A DNA stretch of 64,000 nt from Auanema rhodensis (Eukaryota; Animalia; Nematoda), in assembly GCA_964057225.1 (NCBI GenBank), contig OZ059900.1, forward strand, positions 9,858,001 through 9,922,000, in the 5' to 3' direction. Within the stretch, counting starts at the first letter, position 1; each line of letters begins with the position of its first letter. Positions 25,596 to 40,145 of the stretch are shown piece after piece. A program made the position numbers and the translations under genes. Under the pieces are notes generated by a model, which was not told the origin of the DNA, ran no database searches, and saw nothing but the letters and a program-made list of their open reading frames with translations.

Positions 25596-26956
25596 AATCC
25601 ACCCACATCTACATGCAAGCTTCAGATTTAAAGGCTAGCATGTAGTACGTACTTTGTTTGCTCTGTTCCCTAAAGATGAATCTGGCTTATATGTCAGAAT
25701 TGAGAAAAAAAGAGGAAGAAAAACTTTTTTTGATGAAAGATTGAAGCTACAAGAGGAAGAAAAGAAGAGAAAATTCTTGAGATAAAAGTGAATCATCACA
25801 TAATAAAGAGAGACAAAACAAAATTTCAATGATGAACACGTAGAAAACAAAAGCTAATTGTACTTGCAACGATGATTTTCTAGTTGACCATCAAAAACAA
25901 AAGCAATATCCATCATATAGTATACATATATAGAATATATAGAGCAAAAGTCAAAAGTCAAGCATGCATATCTACCGATATGAAGAGGATAACACGCTTA
26001 ATACTAATGCTGGATGCATGACCGCGAACATAACATATTCCTTATGTTTTTTGTTTTTGACTTATACTGTTAGTGTAGGCGATGAATAAAAGAACAATTG
26101 GATAACATAGTTTGATGCGCAGAATAAGACGACCCAATATACGTATAAGCAAATCATAAATAATATTATACTGTATAATATATATTATATATCTTTTTTT
26201 GATCATTATCACAATTCTTGCAGTTTCTATGCTCCATAGCTATGGATACATAAACGCGCGAAAAATGAGAATTAAAAAATGATTGTGAAGTGAGCGGTAA
26301 ACGGATTGAGGGGGTGCGAACGGACCAACAAATTGAGTGAAACAATATACTTTGCGACATATTGCAGTATTTGATTTCTGTGTTATTCTTTTTTTATTCT
26401 CTATTTTCATTTTAATAATGAAAATGAGCAGTAAGTAACGAATAACAATGTGGTGCATCATCTACTAATGAGTTAGACATGTAGATCAAGATATTCTATG
26501 TTATTGCTGTCATTTAGATTAGTATTTTATTTTATTTTCTGCCTTTGCTTTTCCTTCTTTTTCTGTTTCTCACTTCCTCTTATAATTTTTCCAATTTTCA
26601 ATAAAAAAATATAAAAATAGTTTGAAAAATAAAGATTGTTGTAGATGTATGACATCAGAATTGTCAAGTTATGTTAACGCGTTAGTCATTGTGAGTTATG
26701 ATATATGTAAAAGAGAAGCTACAACTTCACAAGTTCTTTCATGTACTAACTGGTCAGAAAAAACTATGTTTTTTGATCAGTTAAAGTTACTAGTCAAGAG
26801 TTTGAGCATTTGTGTTGATTCGTATAGTGAGGCCAAGCAATGAAAACGTGAAATAATAAATTTAATATTCTAGACATTTTTATTGGTATATGATAACAAA
26901 AATGTATAATTTACTGTATAAAATTATGCAAGTTTGTTCAGGACCATACGTATGAT

Positions 26957-28607
26957 TTAGATGAGAGCGCGAGCCAATGAAGCCAAAGAATTGGAATGTT
27001 TCTTCTCAAGACAGCCGGAGATGTCACTGTCCAAGTTGGAGGAGCGGCGTTTCTCATCATCAAAGTCGGTAATAATCTTGTTCTATAATTATATTAGTAG
27101 TCATATCACATAGTTATATTATGAATTTATAATACCTGCTTCATCATGTTGAAAGATTCATTGACAATTTCAGAAGTAAGCTTGCTGCCGTTGGCAATAT
27201 TGACAAAGCTCAAAATGACATATCCATCTGAAAAAACAGTTAATAATGAGTTCTACAGCAATGAGCGTATATTAGTACCGTAGTTAAGAATGTGAGCATA
27301 TTTGCGAATTTCGTATTCGCTCAACTTGTCAGGACGAAGCCATTTACGGATAGTGTTAAGACGATTGTTCCAGCTAAAGATGTTTTTGATCCAGAAAAAG
27401 CAAGATACAGTAGCCACAACTGAGATAATCGCAAACCAAAACCTGAAGCACATCTGATATTTAAACGAAAATTCAGAGAAGATCTTACCATTCAAAGAAG
27501 AAAATTTTCTCGTTGATCATGTTAATCATTAACAGGCACTGAACAGAGTAGTTACGAACGTTTCCTAAGTCACGAATAGCAATATCACAGAATGTTACAC
27601 GAGGGAATGATTCAGATTCTAACCAGCCACCTCCTGAGACGATAGAGAAGAGAGACTGAAATAAATGTTTTTTTAAGCTGAAGGAGATGGTAACTGGTTA
27701 CTTTGAAAGTCCACAAACTCTCTTGGATATCCAACATATTACTGATCAAAACAAACTGTATAAAAGCATTAACAGCATAGAAAATCTTAGTGAATATGTA
27801 GAAATAAGCAAAAGATCTCCCACCGCATGAGGACCATTTACGACTGAAATACAATTATAGGTAAGACTAGTTAAGGTAAGTTCTTAATTTACTTGCTATC
27901 CATGTTATCAGAAGGAGTTTCAACTACACGTTCGTTGAGGACTTCGGCAAGAGCAGTAACGGTTGGAGCACGCTTTGATGTGATCTGGTTGCGAATGCTT
28001 TGACTTTGAGTGACGTAATGCATAGCATCAAAACCTGTAAACTTCTTATAAATACTTAATTTTGTAAATGACATACTATTGATTTTCTTGTTTAATTTTT
28101 TCCAGAAAAAGTTGGGCAAATAGAAAGCAACAGCTTGGAAGAAGAGAATCATTGGAACCCATTGATAATAGTTAATGGTATTCTGAAGTTTTGGATATAA
28201 GTACGTGAATGGAAGCATAGCTCACATGATCTCTCAAATGCTTCTCAGGAATGTTGATTTTGCTATGAGGAACATGATACGTGTTGGTAATGAAACAGTA
28301 TTCTTGAGTATAAGCTTCCATAGTACCTTTGAATTCGGTTGGCATCCAGCAGGTGATTGGATGACCCACATATCTATGAAATTAACATATATAGTATAAT
28401 TATAAACTATAATTATGCAAAATGTGTGAAGAAAAAAGAAAAAACTATAAAAACAATTGTAACATACTGCTTGGTGCTGACCATGATAGCTAGAAGAGCA
28501 CAGATGGTAGTAGTGAATGAACTGGAAAGACGATCAGATCCATCACCTAGGGTTTTCGGACGAAATATCTTGAAGATAGCTTGATCAATGAAAGGTATTC
28601 CCAACAT
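26957..28607 (-). CDS. Innexin (gap-junction/hemichannel subunit)
   Basis: Motifs KQYVGHPITCWMP, YCFITNTY, YYQWVP, FPRVTFCD and CLLMINMINEKIF. The ATG is directly preceded by a tttttag acceptor. The specific inx orthologue was not assigned. Confidence 0.95.
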
Positions 28608-30542
28608 TCTAAAAATGAAGAAAATATACAAAAAAAGTAAAATTAAACATAATGAAAAAGATTTAAAAAAAAAAGTAAACGATAGAGTCTTCCAGATGAG
28701 AGTTGGCTGAAAATCAGACTGTTAACCGTCCCAGACGAGCGTTTTTGCAGAATGATTGGGTAAGAAATGATCAGACCATGAGATCCGTTACAGGATAAGA
28801 GGCTTCTAATCAAAATACCCAATACTATTGCCTCGCCAGATTGTTATATTACAATAAGTGTGTGGGCATGAGAAACTGTGTGTAGGCAGCTAAACCATTG
28901 CTTGCTTAACACTTTTCCGTAACATAATACAGAAAAATAGATATTAAAAAGAAAGAAATCAAGCAAAATAAAAAGAAAAACTATGAAATATAATAAAAAT
29001 TGAGGATATATGAAGAACAATTTGAGAATTTCGGAGATAACACGATTAATCTTGTTATGAGTTTTAAAAATATTTAGAATTATCTGCAACAACAAATGAA
29101 AATATCGTCCTCATTGATTGATACTAATGGATTTTTTTATAGATTTAAAGCGCATATAACATATAAAATGACATACAATTAATAGATTACTGAAATATTA
29201 TTCAATTTTCTTGTTAAATGACATCGTTAATGGCTTGCGAGTTATTGTGCTTAATGAAAGTTGGATACAAGATCTGTTACGATAGATAAGCTTTTATCAT
29301 ATATCTGCGATCATTGGGTTATTCAATTTGAATTGCTCAAACAAGGCAAAAAAACAGTATAAAAAGCTTTTTATCAATTATCGTAATCAGTGATCAAAAA
29401 TTAAAGAAAATGCCATGAACGTTAATGCCAACCCAGTAGCATTTTTTTGTTCATGGGAAAATGTTGGATAGAAATCAGACGAGATTACAATGTTAATCAT
29501 TTGATTGAAATAGTTCGAATCTGCACTTTCATTCACACTAACTATATACTATATAGTATTAATTATAATAAACAAACAATATTTATCATATTTTTAATAA
29601 TAAATAAATAAATAAATATATACATATATTTTATATAATATTATATTATATGACAGCATATAATAGTTTTGTATAACTTGATGGAAAGTAATTTGTCATC
29701 TTTAGCCTGAAAAATGTTTGTATTTTCTTGAAATTCATACTTTTTAACTGTTTTCCTTTATTCACTAGTTTTGACACGTATTGACATCTGTTACTTTTTT
29801 CTTCTTTCCTCTTTTTCTACTTGTGTATTATACTCTCCTCTTCTCATTTCATATTGCTTTGTTTGGTGGTATTATCTCACTTATTGATTTTCTTGATTAA
29901 ACTACAAAAAAAGAAAACAATGTTTCAGTTTCAAAACTTTGTGAGATATTTACAAGAAAGTAAAATTGATTTCTTCATAACTATATCGAATATTCACATA
30001 TAGTATTCACATATAGTATAGTCTTATATTCGTGGTAAACATATTATTTTGATAATCATAGTTCTTACTGCTAGTTAATATATAAAAGTTATTTATAATT
30101 ATATTATATATGTACTGTGTATTGCATCATATTATTTCAAAACATATGCAAAAAATATTTATTATTTATTCGATTTCATACATATACTGACTTACGTTTG
30201 AACTTTCTCTATAACTATATTAGCATAATATTCAGAATTTAATAAAAATTTTGAGAAATTTCATTTTTTATATTCAATTATTTAGCTAGATTTCTCTAAC
30301 AATATACTCGAATTATTCTTTAATCTATAAAACTCATCTAAAACTTCAGACATCAACTTGTCCCAATGGCAATACCATTGGTGACGAGGTTACTTTATGA
30401 CAATCCATAAAGGAAGATCAATCAGTTAATGGCAAAATTGTATATTGATTGGAGATAGGTGAGTAATTAAGTATAATCTATATATCTTTCTCCGATATGT
30501 CACATAATCTCCTCCCATTTTTGCTTATTCGCCTTCGTTCTC

Positions 30543-30790
30543 TTATGTCATTCCTACTGGTCAGCTCGTCTCAAGTTCTTATTGAGTAATGTTCGCGGGT
30601 CGCTCTTATAGCAAGGAAATCTTGTCAAGGACATACCGCAACACACTGACCATAAATGGGACATGGCCGCGTGAAGGTCTCAGCATCTTCGCGAACATTC
30701 TAAGAACAGATGAGACAAAAAGGAATGGATTTGTGATGGCTATGCGCATATATCCACACTGATTGTTCGAGAAACGTGTGGACTACATGC
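30543..30790 (-). ncRNA. Candidate structured ncRNA or cis-RNA element (long multibranch stem plus separate hairpin)
   Basis: Nested helices at 30549-55/30721-27, 30568-73/30711-16, 30575-81/30701-07 and 30588-97/30690-99, with two internal hairpins and a further hairpin at 30746-90. Several G-U wobbles work only on the minus strand. It is a GC-rich island in AT-rich intergenic DNA. Confidence 0.45.
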
Positions 30791-31410
30791 AGACAATGTC
30801 TCTTCCTCCTTCTTTCTGATTTCACTGTCATTCTGATATCTATATATTTCTATCAATATTTCGCTTTCATATGCCTGTCTCTATATATGTGTATGTGACC
30901 GATTTCCTTTAAGATTTGTTTTCTTCCTTTCTTTCTTATTCCCCCCATCTGTCTCACTTTCTCTCTTCATCTTCCACACTCTTTCTTTCTATCTCTCTCT
31001 CTGTACCTCTACCTGTTTTTCATAATTTTTCATCTCTAATGAAATAAAAACGATCCTCTACACTGTTTAATGATCGTTTCTTTCATTTCTTTTGGCTTTC
31101 TCTCTATCTCACACCTCTACCTATAATCTCACGCAAGACCATTCTTTCTCATCTACCTGACATGAACACTTTCTTTCTATCTCCGTTTCATAGTTTTTTT
31201 CTTGTTCTCAAACATTTTCTCCAATAAGCCACATCAGCATTAGCGATTCGACTGTGGTCTAGTTTAGTTTCAAACATTTTCCTTCTCATCCTCGCTCATA
31301 TATCCCCCTTTATCCTGAACATCATCTAATATTGAAATAGCTTTTGAATTCAACATCTTTCTGTTCATGATTATTCTTAATATTCATTTCATTTTTCTTA
31401 TTACAGAGTG

Positions 31411-34400
31411 ATGATCCGGTACTTAGTACTGGCACTAGTTATCTCGACTAGCTTGGCAGTTGAGCGAGAAAAGTTCAAAACTTGCGCACAATCGGGTTTT
31501 TGCAAGTGAGTCTTAAAATTTATTTTGTTGATTAAAAACGTTGTATTCTTCAAAACTGTATTCTCTAAAATACAAAACTCTTTAAGGCGTCAAAGAGAAA
31601 CTAAAGAGCCAAGTGGATATGAAGTAGTTGAAGATACAATCAAGTTGAATGACACAGCTCTCACCGCAATTATTAAGAATAAGGTTAACTATTTTATTAT
31701 TTTATTAAATTAAAACAACTACAACACTTAAACTGAAAAAAATATAAATAAAAGAATTCATAATACACATCAGCTATTGATCGACTTCATTGATTTACTG
31801 TACTTTAGGAAACATCCTTAAAACTTAGTGTTGTGTCCTTGAAAGACTCTGTGGTCCGGTAAGATAATAGAATAGTTTAAAGATGTTTAATCTTATTCAT
31901 AACAGAATTGTAATCGATGAAGATGGTGAAGTTATACGTAAACGTTATCAACCATTAGATGCTTTAAAGACCAAAGAACCTGAACAACAAAGCTTCAAGA
32001 AGACAAAAGTTGGTGATTCCGTTACAAAGCTATTGACTAAAGACGGTCATCGTGTTGTTATTCAACACAAACCATTCCGTGTTGACCTCTATTCCAAGGA
32101 CAAGCTGGTTAGTTATTTTAACATAGTTTACTTAGTGAACAACAATGAAAAAAAAAAACATTAATTTAGGTTCAATCAATTAATTCCGAAGAAAAGCTAT
32201 TCTTTGAAAAATTCAAGAAAAAGATTCTGTTATCTGATCGTGAAAAGGGATTCTGGGAAGAAACATTTGGAGATCATAAAGATACTAAGCCTCATGGTAT
32301 TTGAATTACCTGATTCATTCTGAAAGAATATTAAAATAACCTGTTCTTAGGATCATCATCAATTGGTGTCGATATTGCTTTCTTTGGAATGAAATATGTT
32401 TACGGAATTCCTGAGCATGCTGATTCTTATGCTTTAAGAGATACAAAGTATGTTGTTGTAATAATTCCATCCATACATCGTTGCCATTATCTGGCTTTAT
32501 CGAATATTAGCCAAAACATATTCAATTTTCAGAAATTATGAACCATATCGCTTGTATAATCTTGATGTATTTGAATACGAATTGAGTAACCCAATGGCTT
32601 TATATGGAACCGTACCATACTTGGTTGGAGTTAACAAGAAGCGTGCTGCTGGTCTGCTTTGGCTGAATGCTGCTGAAACTTGGGTTGATATTGAGACCAC
32701 AACTGGTGACAAGGTATCACCAACTATTCAATCCATCAAAACTAATTCATACATTTTAGGGAAAGCTCAACTCTATTCTTACTGATCAAACTCAAAAGGC
32801 TCGCGAAGTTGTTCAAATTAACACTCGCTTCATGTCCGAGAGTGGAGTTATTGATATCTTTGTTATGCTTGGCCCTCACCCTGTCGATACAGTCCGTCAG
32901 CTTGCTGGATTAACAGGAACCTATCCATTGCCTCCAGTATGAACTTGGCTCAAAACTAGAATATATAACAAACCGCTTTTAGCTCTTCTCTTTGGGATAT
33001 CATCAATCACGTTGGAATTACAATGACCAAAAAGATTTATTGGAGGTTAATGAGAACTTTGAAAAGTTCAATATTCCATGTGACGTATTATGGCTTGATA
33101 TTGAGCATACTGATGGCAAGAGATATTTCACCTGGGACCAAGAAAAGTTCCCAGAGCCAGAGAAGATGATTGAGAAGTTAACTGAAAAGGTGAGCCGATT
33201 GGTCATATTTCTGTGATAAGATCTAAGAGTGATTGAGCTAATCTTGAAAATTTATAACAAGTTATTGCATCATTTCAAAAGCTCTTGCGATCAGATAACA
33301 GAAAAGAGCAACAGATTGACCTATTTTTGAGTTTTTTCGGTTTATAGATGAAGATTTTAGGGTCGCAAATTAGTTACCATTGTTGATCCACATATTCGCA
33401 AGGATAATAAATATTCTGTTTACAAAGATGCTAAGAATAAGGTAAGCTAACTACTAACTATATGATATATCTAACTATTATGATTTATCACCTGGTTTTT
33501 ATATAACTGTTTTGATTCTAGGGATACTTCATCAAGGAAGCCGATGGTAAGAACAACTTTGAAGGAAATTGCTGGCCAGGCGATTCAAGTTATTTGGATT
33601 TCACTAATCCCGAAGTACGCAAGTACTGGTCATCTCTTTTCTCCTTCGATAAGGTAATACCTCAAAATCTCTCAATAGATTTGAATTTTATTATTTTAGT
33701 ACACCGGAACAACTAAGGACGTATTCACCTGGAATGATATGAATGAGCCTTCCGTATTTTCTGGACCAGAAGTCACTCTTCCAAAGGATGTTGTCCACAA
33801 CGAAGGATTAGAGCATCGCGAAGTTCATAACATTTACGGTTTCTATCACGTATGCTGAAAATCTTTCGACGGTTCATATTCATTTTTGGATTTAGCACGA
33901 AGCCACTTTTGACGGTCTGAAGGAGAGAAGCAAAGGAGAAGTTCGCCCATTTGTTCTTACACGCGCTTTCTTTGCTGGATCACAGCGTACTGCTGCCGTT
34001 TGGACTGGAGACAACAAAGCTGATTGGGCCCATCTTAAGGTATTGAGCTAGTTACACCCGTGTTCCAGTACTTAAAATATTTTTAGGCTAGTGTCCCAAT
34101 GACCTTAACTTTATCTACTGCTGGTATTCCACATGTCGGAGCTGATGTTGGAGGTTTCTTCGGAAATCCAGACGAAGAACTTCTTGTCAGATGGTATCAA
34201 ACCGGTGCTTTCCAACCATTCTTCCGTGGACATGCTCATCAAGACACCAACAGACGTGAGCCATGGCTTTTCAAGGAGGAGACAACCAATGCTATCCGCG
34301 AAGCTATCAAGATTCGCTATCAATTCCTTCCATATTGGTACACCTTATTCTACGAGCATACCAAAACCGGAATGCCAGCTATCCGTCCTTTCTGGCAAGA

Positions 34401-35244
34401 ATTCTGGGCTGATGAATCATCATATGACGAGGATCGTCAGTGGATGGTCGGAAATGCTGTATTGGTTAAACCAATTCAAGAACCCGGAGCTCAAATTGCT
34501 TCAATTTACCTTCCAGGACAGCGTGAAGTCAGTTGAAGCTTCCATAGTTTTGACCTAAAGTCTCTATTTCTAGGTTTGGTATGACTGGTTCACTTCAAGA
34601 GCTCGCCCATCCCCAGGAGCTGTTCAGAGCAACGCTTCTCTCACTAGTATTCCAATTTATCAACGTGGAGGAACTATTGTTCCAATTCGTGAGGAAGTTG
34701 GAAAAACTAGCCAAGCTACTAAAGGAGAACCCATCACTTTGTACATTGCTTTAAACCAAAAAGGTATATTTTCCAGCGTTTGAAATGAGAATACCAAGAA
34801 TTTTAGGTGATTTCGCTAACGGAACTATCTACATGGATGATGGTGAAAGTTATGCTTATGAAAGAGGAGAGTTTGCTTATTGGGGCTTCACTTTCAAGAG
34901 GTTTCTTTGTTTGGTGTCAAAAAGTTTTAGTCATCCTTTACTTTTCTAGAGTTCACGACTATCTTCACACCATTACTAATAAGAATCTTGACAAGAATGG
35001 TAAGCTCGATAGCGACGTCTTCATAGAGAAGATTATTATCCGAGGAGCAAAGTTCTATCCACGTACTGCCCACGTTTTTGTTGACGGTAAGATTCACTAA
35101 CATTGACTCAATGAAACTCCTACCGTTATAGATTTCACCCCCGATCCAGTCGATTTCGAATATGATCGTGATAACTTCTTGATGGAGATCACTACTCCAG
35201 CTGGATATATAACTAATGAATTTAGACTGGATCTTCACTCATAG
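31411..35244 (+). CDS. GANAB: ER glucosidase II alpha subunit (GH31; aagr-3/aagr-4-like)
   Basis: Signal peptide, [44 protein letters not shown], catalytic [10 protein letters not shown] (33730), [13 protein letters not shown] and FFRGHAH. Confidence 0.96.
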
Positions 35245-35459
35245 TTGCATATCGTCTTTATTGTTCATTTTTTTTGTTTTCAATCAATCAAACTATATGC
35301 TGTGATCAAAAGAGCTGAAATAAATTATTAAAATTACATCAATAATTTTTGAATTTAAAAAATAAATAAATAAAAACAAACACATATATAATACATGGAA
35401 TTACAAATACATTAACTCGTAATTAGTGGAAGAATAAAATCTATGTTTAGCTCTATATA

Positions 35460-38400
35460 TTACTTTTTTTTGAATAAGCTCATATCATCATCGTCTGAAT
35501 CAAAATCGAATATGCTCTTTTTAGGATTTCCGATACTATGCTTTGATTGGTTTCCTGTAGTGCCACTTGTACCACTGGAGCCTGCAATATGCTTTTAAAA
35601 ACATAAAAATAAGTGATGGAACATACTTTTTGATATAGTACTAGCATTGAATGTGGATGTTTCAGTAACTTTATCTGGCGGCTGATCGTTATATTGTTGA
35701 CCTGATTGCTTTGAAGCTGACGAGGAAGAGAACATGGAAACATCATCATCTGAGTCGGAATCAAAAATACTTCGCGAGAAGAGAGGTTTAGGAGTTTCCA
35801 ATTTCTTCGCTGCAGGATTGTTCATAACAGGGAAATTAGAATTTGTTTTTGGAAGTTCTGAGGATGTTGCATCTTTAACAGGGACGATATTATCTTTTTC
35901 CACTATCTCCGAAGGTGTTTCAGCAAGCACTCGCTTCTGTGTTTGCTCTTTTATCTTTTCAGTTTCAGCTTCAATAACAGGATCATTTATTACAATAGGT
36001 GTGTCAAGGGGATCGCTGAATGTTCATTTTATTGATTAAATCTGATTAAACCATTGCTTACCTCTTATCAGGCTTGGACGTATCTGTTTGGACAGAGATA
36101 CTACTCTCATCAGCTGTACTTGTGTTCAATGAAACAACCGGTGACTCACTTTTCATTATTCTTGAAGGAGGTTTACGTGCTGGACCCTTTACTCTTGTCT
36201 TAAGTAGTTCTGGTTCGTTAGTTTTTTTTTAGGTAAACATTACCTTTGTAACAGAAACCAGAAGAGGAGAAGAATCAGATTCGGTTTCGGAATGTGGTTG
36301 TTGGAGATTCGGTGTAGTAGGCTTACTGGAAGGATTGAGCATGGGCATTTTCTCTAAGTTTTTACGTAATGATTCCTATAAATAATATAAGTTTTGAAAA
36401 GAATTGAAAAATAGTGTACAAAGCTGCTCTCCTTTGCTGATGATGTGTTTTTCTTTTCCTCTGTAAATTCTTCCGCGTTGTCAACTTTTTCTGAGATCAT
36501 GTTCAGAGGCTCATTTTCAGGTTCAGCTTCTCCATCATTTTCAACCTTCTCAGTAACGGAAATAGCAGGCTGCGTCGCTTGTTTTTGGACATCTGGCTTT
36601 TCTGGCACGATAGTCATTGAAGATTTACGATTAGCATTTTTGTCACTGTCATCACTGACTGAGATGTTCGTAGCGAGAACATCATCAGAGATTTTCAAGG
36701 ATTTGAAGAAATCGGAATCCTTGCTACTTGCCAGTGATGAAGTAGACGATAAACTGTCTGCTAGATCTGGTTTCTTAGCTTCCTTTGTAGCACTAATTTC
36801 AACTTTCTGAAGAAAACGTCAGATAAATAATAAGAATAGTTTCAAAATATAACTTACCGAAATAGGCTTTCGTTCAGCCATTAATGGCTTTGTAGTAGAT
36901 ATCTTATCGATGGATTTTACGCTAGTTAATACTTTGGCATACTCCGAAAACAAATCATCTTCATCTGAATCAAAGTCGAATAAACTAGACTTGACAGGAG
37001 CTCTCTGAAAAAAACATTAAAAGATGAAATATATACAAAACATACCTTCGGAGGTACTGAAGCTTTGATTGGTTCTGTTGTAGATTGAGAAGGCATCGAA
37101 ACTTTGCTTGATTCAGCTGTAGCTTTAACGGAAACAGAAGCTTTGCTTGGTTCCACTGTAGCTTTAGAGGAATTAGAAGCTTTGCTAGGCTCGTTTGTTA
37201 ATTTAGAAATAACATTTGTTTTGATCGGTTCAGCTTTAGGTTTAGTAGATATTGAGGCATTTTTTGGTTCTTCAGTAACTGTAGAAACTTTGTTTGATTC
37301 TGCGATAACTACAGGTACTCGTGGAACAACATTCTTTGCATCATTTTCTTGAGAATTAGGTATTGACGAAGATGAGGGTATAACTACAGGAAGCACAACC
37401 GTACGTTTTTCGGTTTTAGGAATAGATGATTCGTTCACATTTGATCGAGAAGGTGGTGCGTTTGGAACAGGCTTAACATCTTTAACTTCTTCATCGTCAC
37501 GAACATCATCCACCTAAACTAAGAATAGTTAAATATCATATAAACTTCTTATACTGTAACCTGCGCTACGGTTTTCTTTAGCAATTTGGCTTTAAGTTCT
37601 TCAGCAAATGCAGATGCAGGAGTTATGGGCTTTTCCAACTCGCTCTCCAAAGTTGGTTCAGTTAGATCTTCTTCATCAACTTTAGGAATTTGTTCTTCAA
37701 CTAAAGCAAATGATTATTGATTAAATTATAAATAATCGATTTAAATAAAACCTATTTCTTGTCTACTATTCTTTTTCTCAATGCGAGTACTTTCCATAGG
37801 ACCAAAACTCTGTAAAAATTATGGAATAACGATAAATATCATAAATCGTCTCCTTACAGCAGCATTTCTATTTTCAAAATCTAAGCTATTTATAGAAGAT
37901 ACCTCAGTTACAGAGCCATAATCAATGGTTTTGTCCACAAATGAAGGAATTATAGGTACCGGAGGTCTGATGATATTCGATTTGTTTTCTTCTATTCATT
38001 TTGAACTTACGGGGGCATAGTTGAAATTGGCGCGACAATATGCGCGGCTTCAGGTACGGAAATTTCTGGTACATCATTTTCAGGTACGACAATATCAGGT
38101 TCACGAGTAATTTTTGAAGCAAAAAATTCGGGAGTGCCGATAAATGAAGGTAGATCATCATATCGTGGTTTCTATATTTGTTTCAATAGGATGTTACACA
38201 ATTCAAGCTGATACCTTGAACTCTTCTCTATTAACTAACTGTAATCCAGATTGAGTAGCTTCCTTGATAGCACGTAGAGCATCAGCAGTTGCTTCTTCTC
38301 TACTTTTCTAAACAAGTTACATATTAAATTAATTTGTTTATTAACTATATAATAACCTCGGGAACTTTGGATGCATGTTGATTTTGCTTTCGAATTGGAA

Positions 38401-38783
38401 TATCATCATCTAATATTCTCTACAATACTCGTCATCAATGAAAAAATTTTAATTGTAAACTAACAGTATCTACAAATTTTTTATTTGTTATTAGCGATAA
38501 TTGTAAACTCAAGTTTTGAATATTATTTTCTAGCTGATCTATAATAAACAATATTTGAATAATTTCACATATATAAACTAGCCTGCATTTAAAGATAAAG
38601 CTTCACATTTTTTCTCTACTTCAGTACATTTAGATCTCAAATTTTTTTGGAAATCATCAAGAAATTTACACAACTAAAACAATAATGATGCTAATATTAA
38701 CCACTAATAATGACAAAACTTACCAATACATCTTGTTGAAGTGTCCAGTTGTCCTGGCCAGCTTTAAGTTCTTCTATACTCAT
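35460..38783 (-). CDS. WASHC2: WASH complex subunit 2 / FAM21-like
   Basis: The N-terminal WTLQQDVLLCKFLDDF...KFVD.RILDD resembles the FAM21 head. There are acidic LFa-type repeats (LFDFDSDEDDLF, IFDSDSDDD, IFDFDSDDDD) and a capping-protein-interaction-like motif LVSVTKTRVKGPARKPPS split across an intron (~36160-36270). Confidence 0.82.
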
Positions 38784-39490
38784 TAATTTTCTAACTTAAA
38801 CAAAAAATTATTGATTATTTTTTAAATGTTTGGATAATAAACATGTGAGGAAGATAACAATATGTTTAAAAGTACTTATCGCGCTAACTTATAGATAGAG
38901 TGCACTGTGTTTACGATGCACTGCGTTTAGGCTAAACACAAAGCAAAAATTCAATAATCCAATGCATAGTATATGTAATTATTATAAATATACAATTTGA
39001 GATTCAGCAGAAGAAAAAGAAGCATTTGTATTATTTTTCTTGGTGGTTATTGATTTTCATTTGATTGTTTGTTAATTTCAACTATAGATATTCAATAGAT
39101 CTGTAGTTTATGCTAGATATAGATAAGAAATTAAGTTTTAGTAGTCTGATAAGAAAAGAGCCAGCCACTGATATGATTTTCTTACGTTTTTCTTATATAA
39201 CAGCTGTTTAATTGATTTATTAGCATTAGTTTGTAAATTTAATTTATCGAAAGGAAGAAAATGGATAAAAAAATAGTAAGAAATAGACAAAATTATATTT
39301 TCCATTCACAGTTTAGGGCAAGTGGAAATGTTAGAGTTAGAATAATTAAAAGTTGTGTAAAAGCAATACATTTCAAGTTTATAAATAAATAATTATAGGA
39401 AAATGACAGTGTCATTATTATCTACAATGAGAATGGAAACAGTTGGAAAAAAGTAAGAAAACAAGAGTGTGTATCATTCCTGGTGAAAAA

Positions 39491-40145
39491 TTAAACAATG
39501 GGTTGTATACCCAATTTTTTCCACTTTATCCAGCTAAGTCGAGCAATAAGATCTAAACATGTGTATATTAATATTCTTATATAAAACGCCGACAGTACCA
39601 CTTGTACTCCATTTTGGAGCATAAGGATGTCGGTTTTTGGCCAATGTCACACAACGTTTAATATAGCGATGTGGATCCATTTGTGATCTAAAAAAAATAA
39701 AATAATCTTGATTGAGAAATGAAAAGATATTAACAAACTTCAAAATATCATTAAGTAGATCAATATAAGCAATGGCTAAATTCAACGTATCAATTTTTGA
39801 TAATCTCTTCTCAAATGGAAAAGTAGGAATATAATTTCTCAATTCCTGCAACATTTTATTTGATAAATTATAATTAAAATTATTTCATTTAACTATACCA
39901 TGAATGCCACGTTAATGCTGCACATTCTCTTTTTTTCTCGTACATTAGCTGTACTGCGTGTTGATTCATCAAATTCACTGCATGCAGGTGTAGAAGATCG
40001 GCTGATATCCATAAATATAGGAGAAGTAGACTGACTAGTATGAATGTATTTTCTTGAATGAGCCTGGCATAATTAGAATATAATCATAAGAACTCTTTAA
40101 AAGTGTAGTGGAATAGACACATGTCTATAACATGTTTACCGACAT
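39491..40145 (-). CDS. hlh-13: bHLH transcription factor HLH-13 (PTF1/Fer-like)
   Basis: [44 protein letters not shown] and C-terminal WSTSDLIARLSWIKW. The first micro-exon (ATG TCG, 40145-40140) is less certain. Confidence 0.9.

Noticed and set aside
19700-26850. Numerous 60-120 aa ORFs in the flp-11/innexin intergenic region
   Set aside because: They are low-complexity F/L/I-rich or microsatellite-derived, with no consistent splice structure. The isolated donor-like sites at ~23866 and ~25076 could not be linked to any exon.
30543-30790. Identity of the structured element as telomerase RNA, RNase P/MRP or SRP RNA
   Set aside because: There is no GCCUAA-type template on either strand. GAAGGTCTCAG resembles RNase P CR-I, but its partner is only ~30 nt away. 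The SRP S-domain motif is absent.
35734-37352. Plus-strand ORFs overlapping FAM21, and other antisense ORFs over real exons
   Set aside because: They are shadow frames of genuine coding exons on the opposite strand.
38905-38940. TTAGGC in a quasi-palindromic context as a telomere-addition or DNA-elimination site
   Set aside because: It is a single hexamer with no array, and isolated matches are expected by chance.
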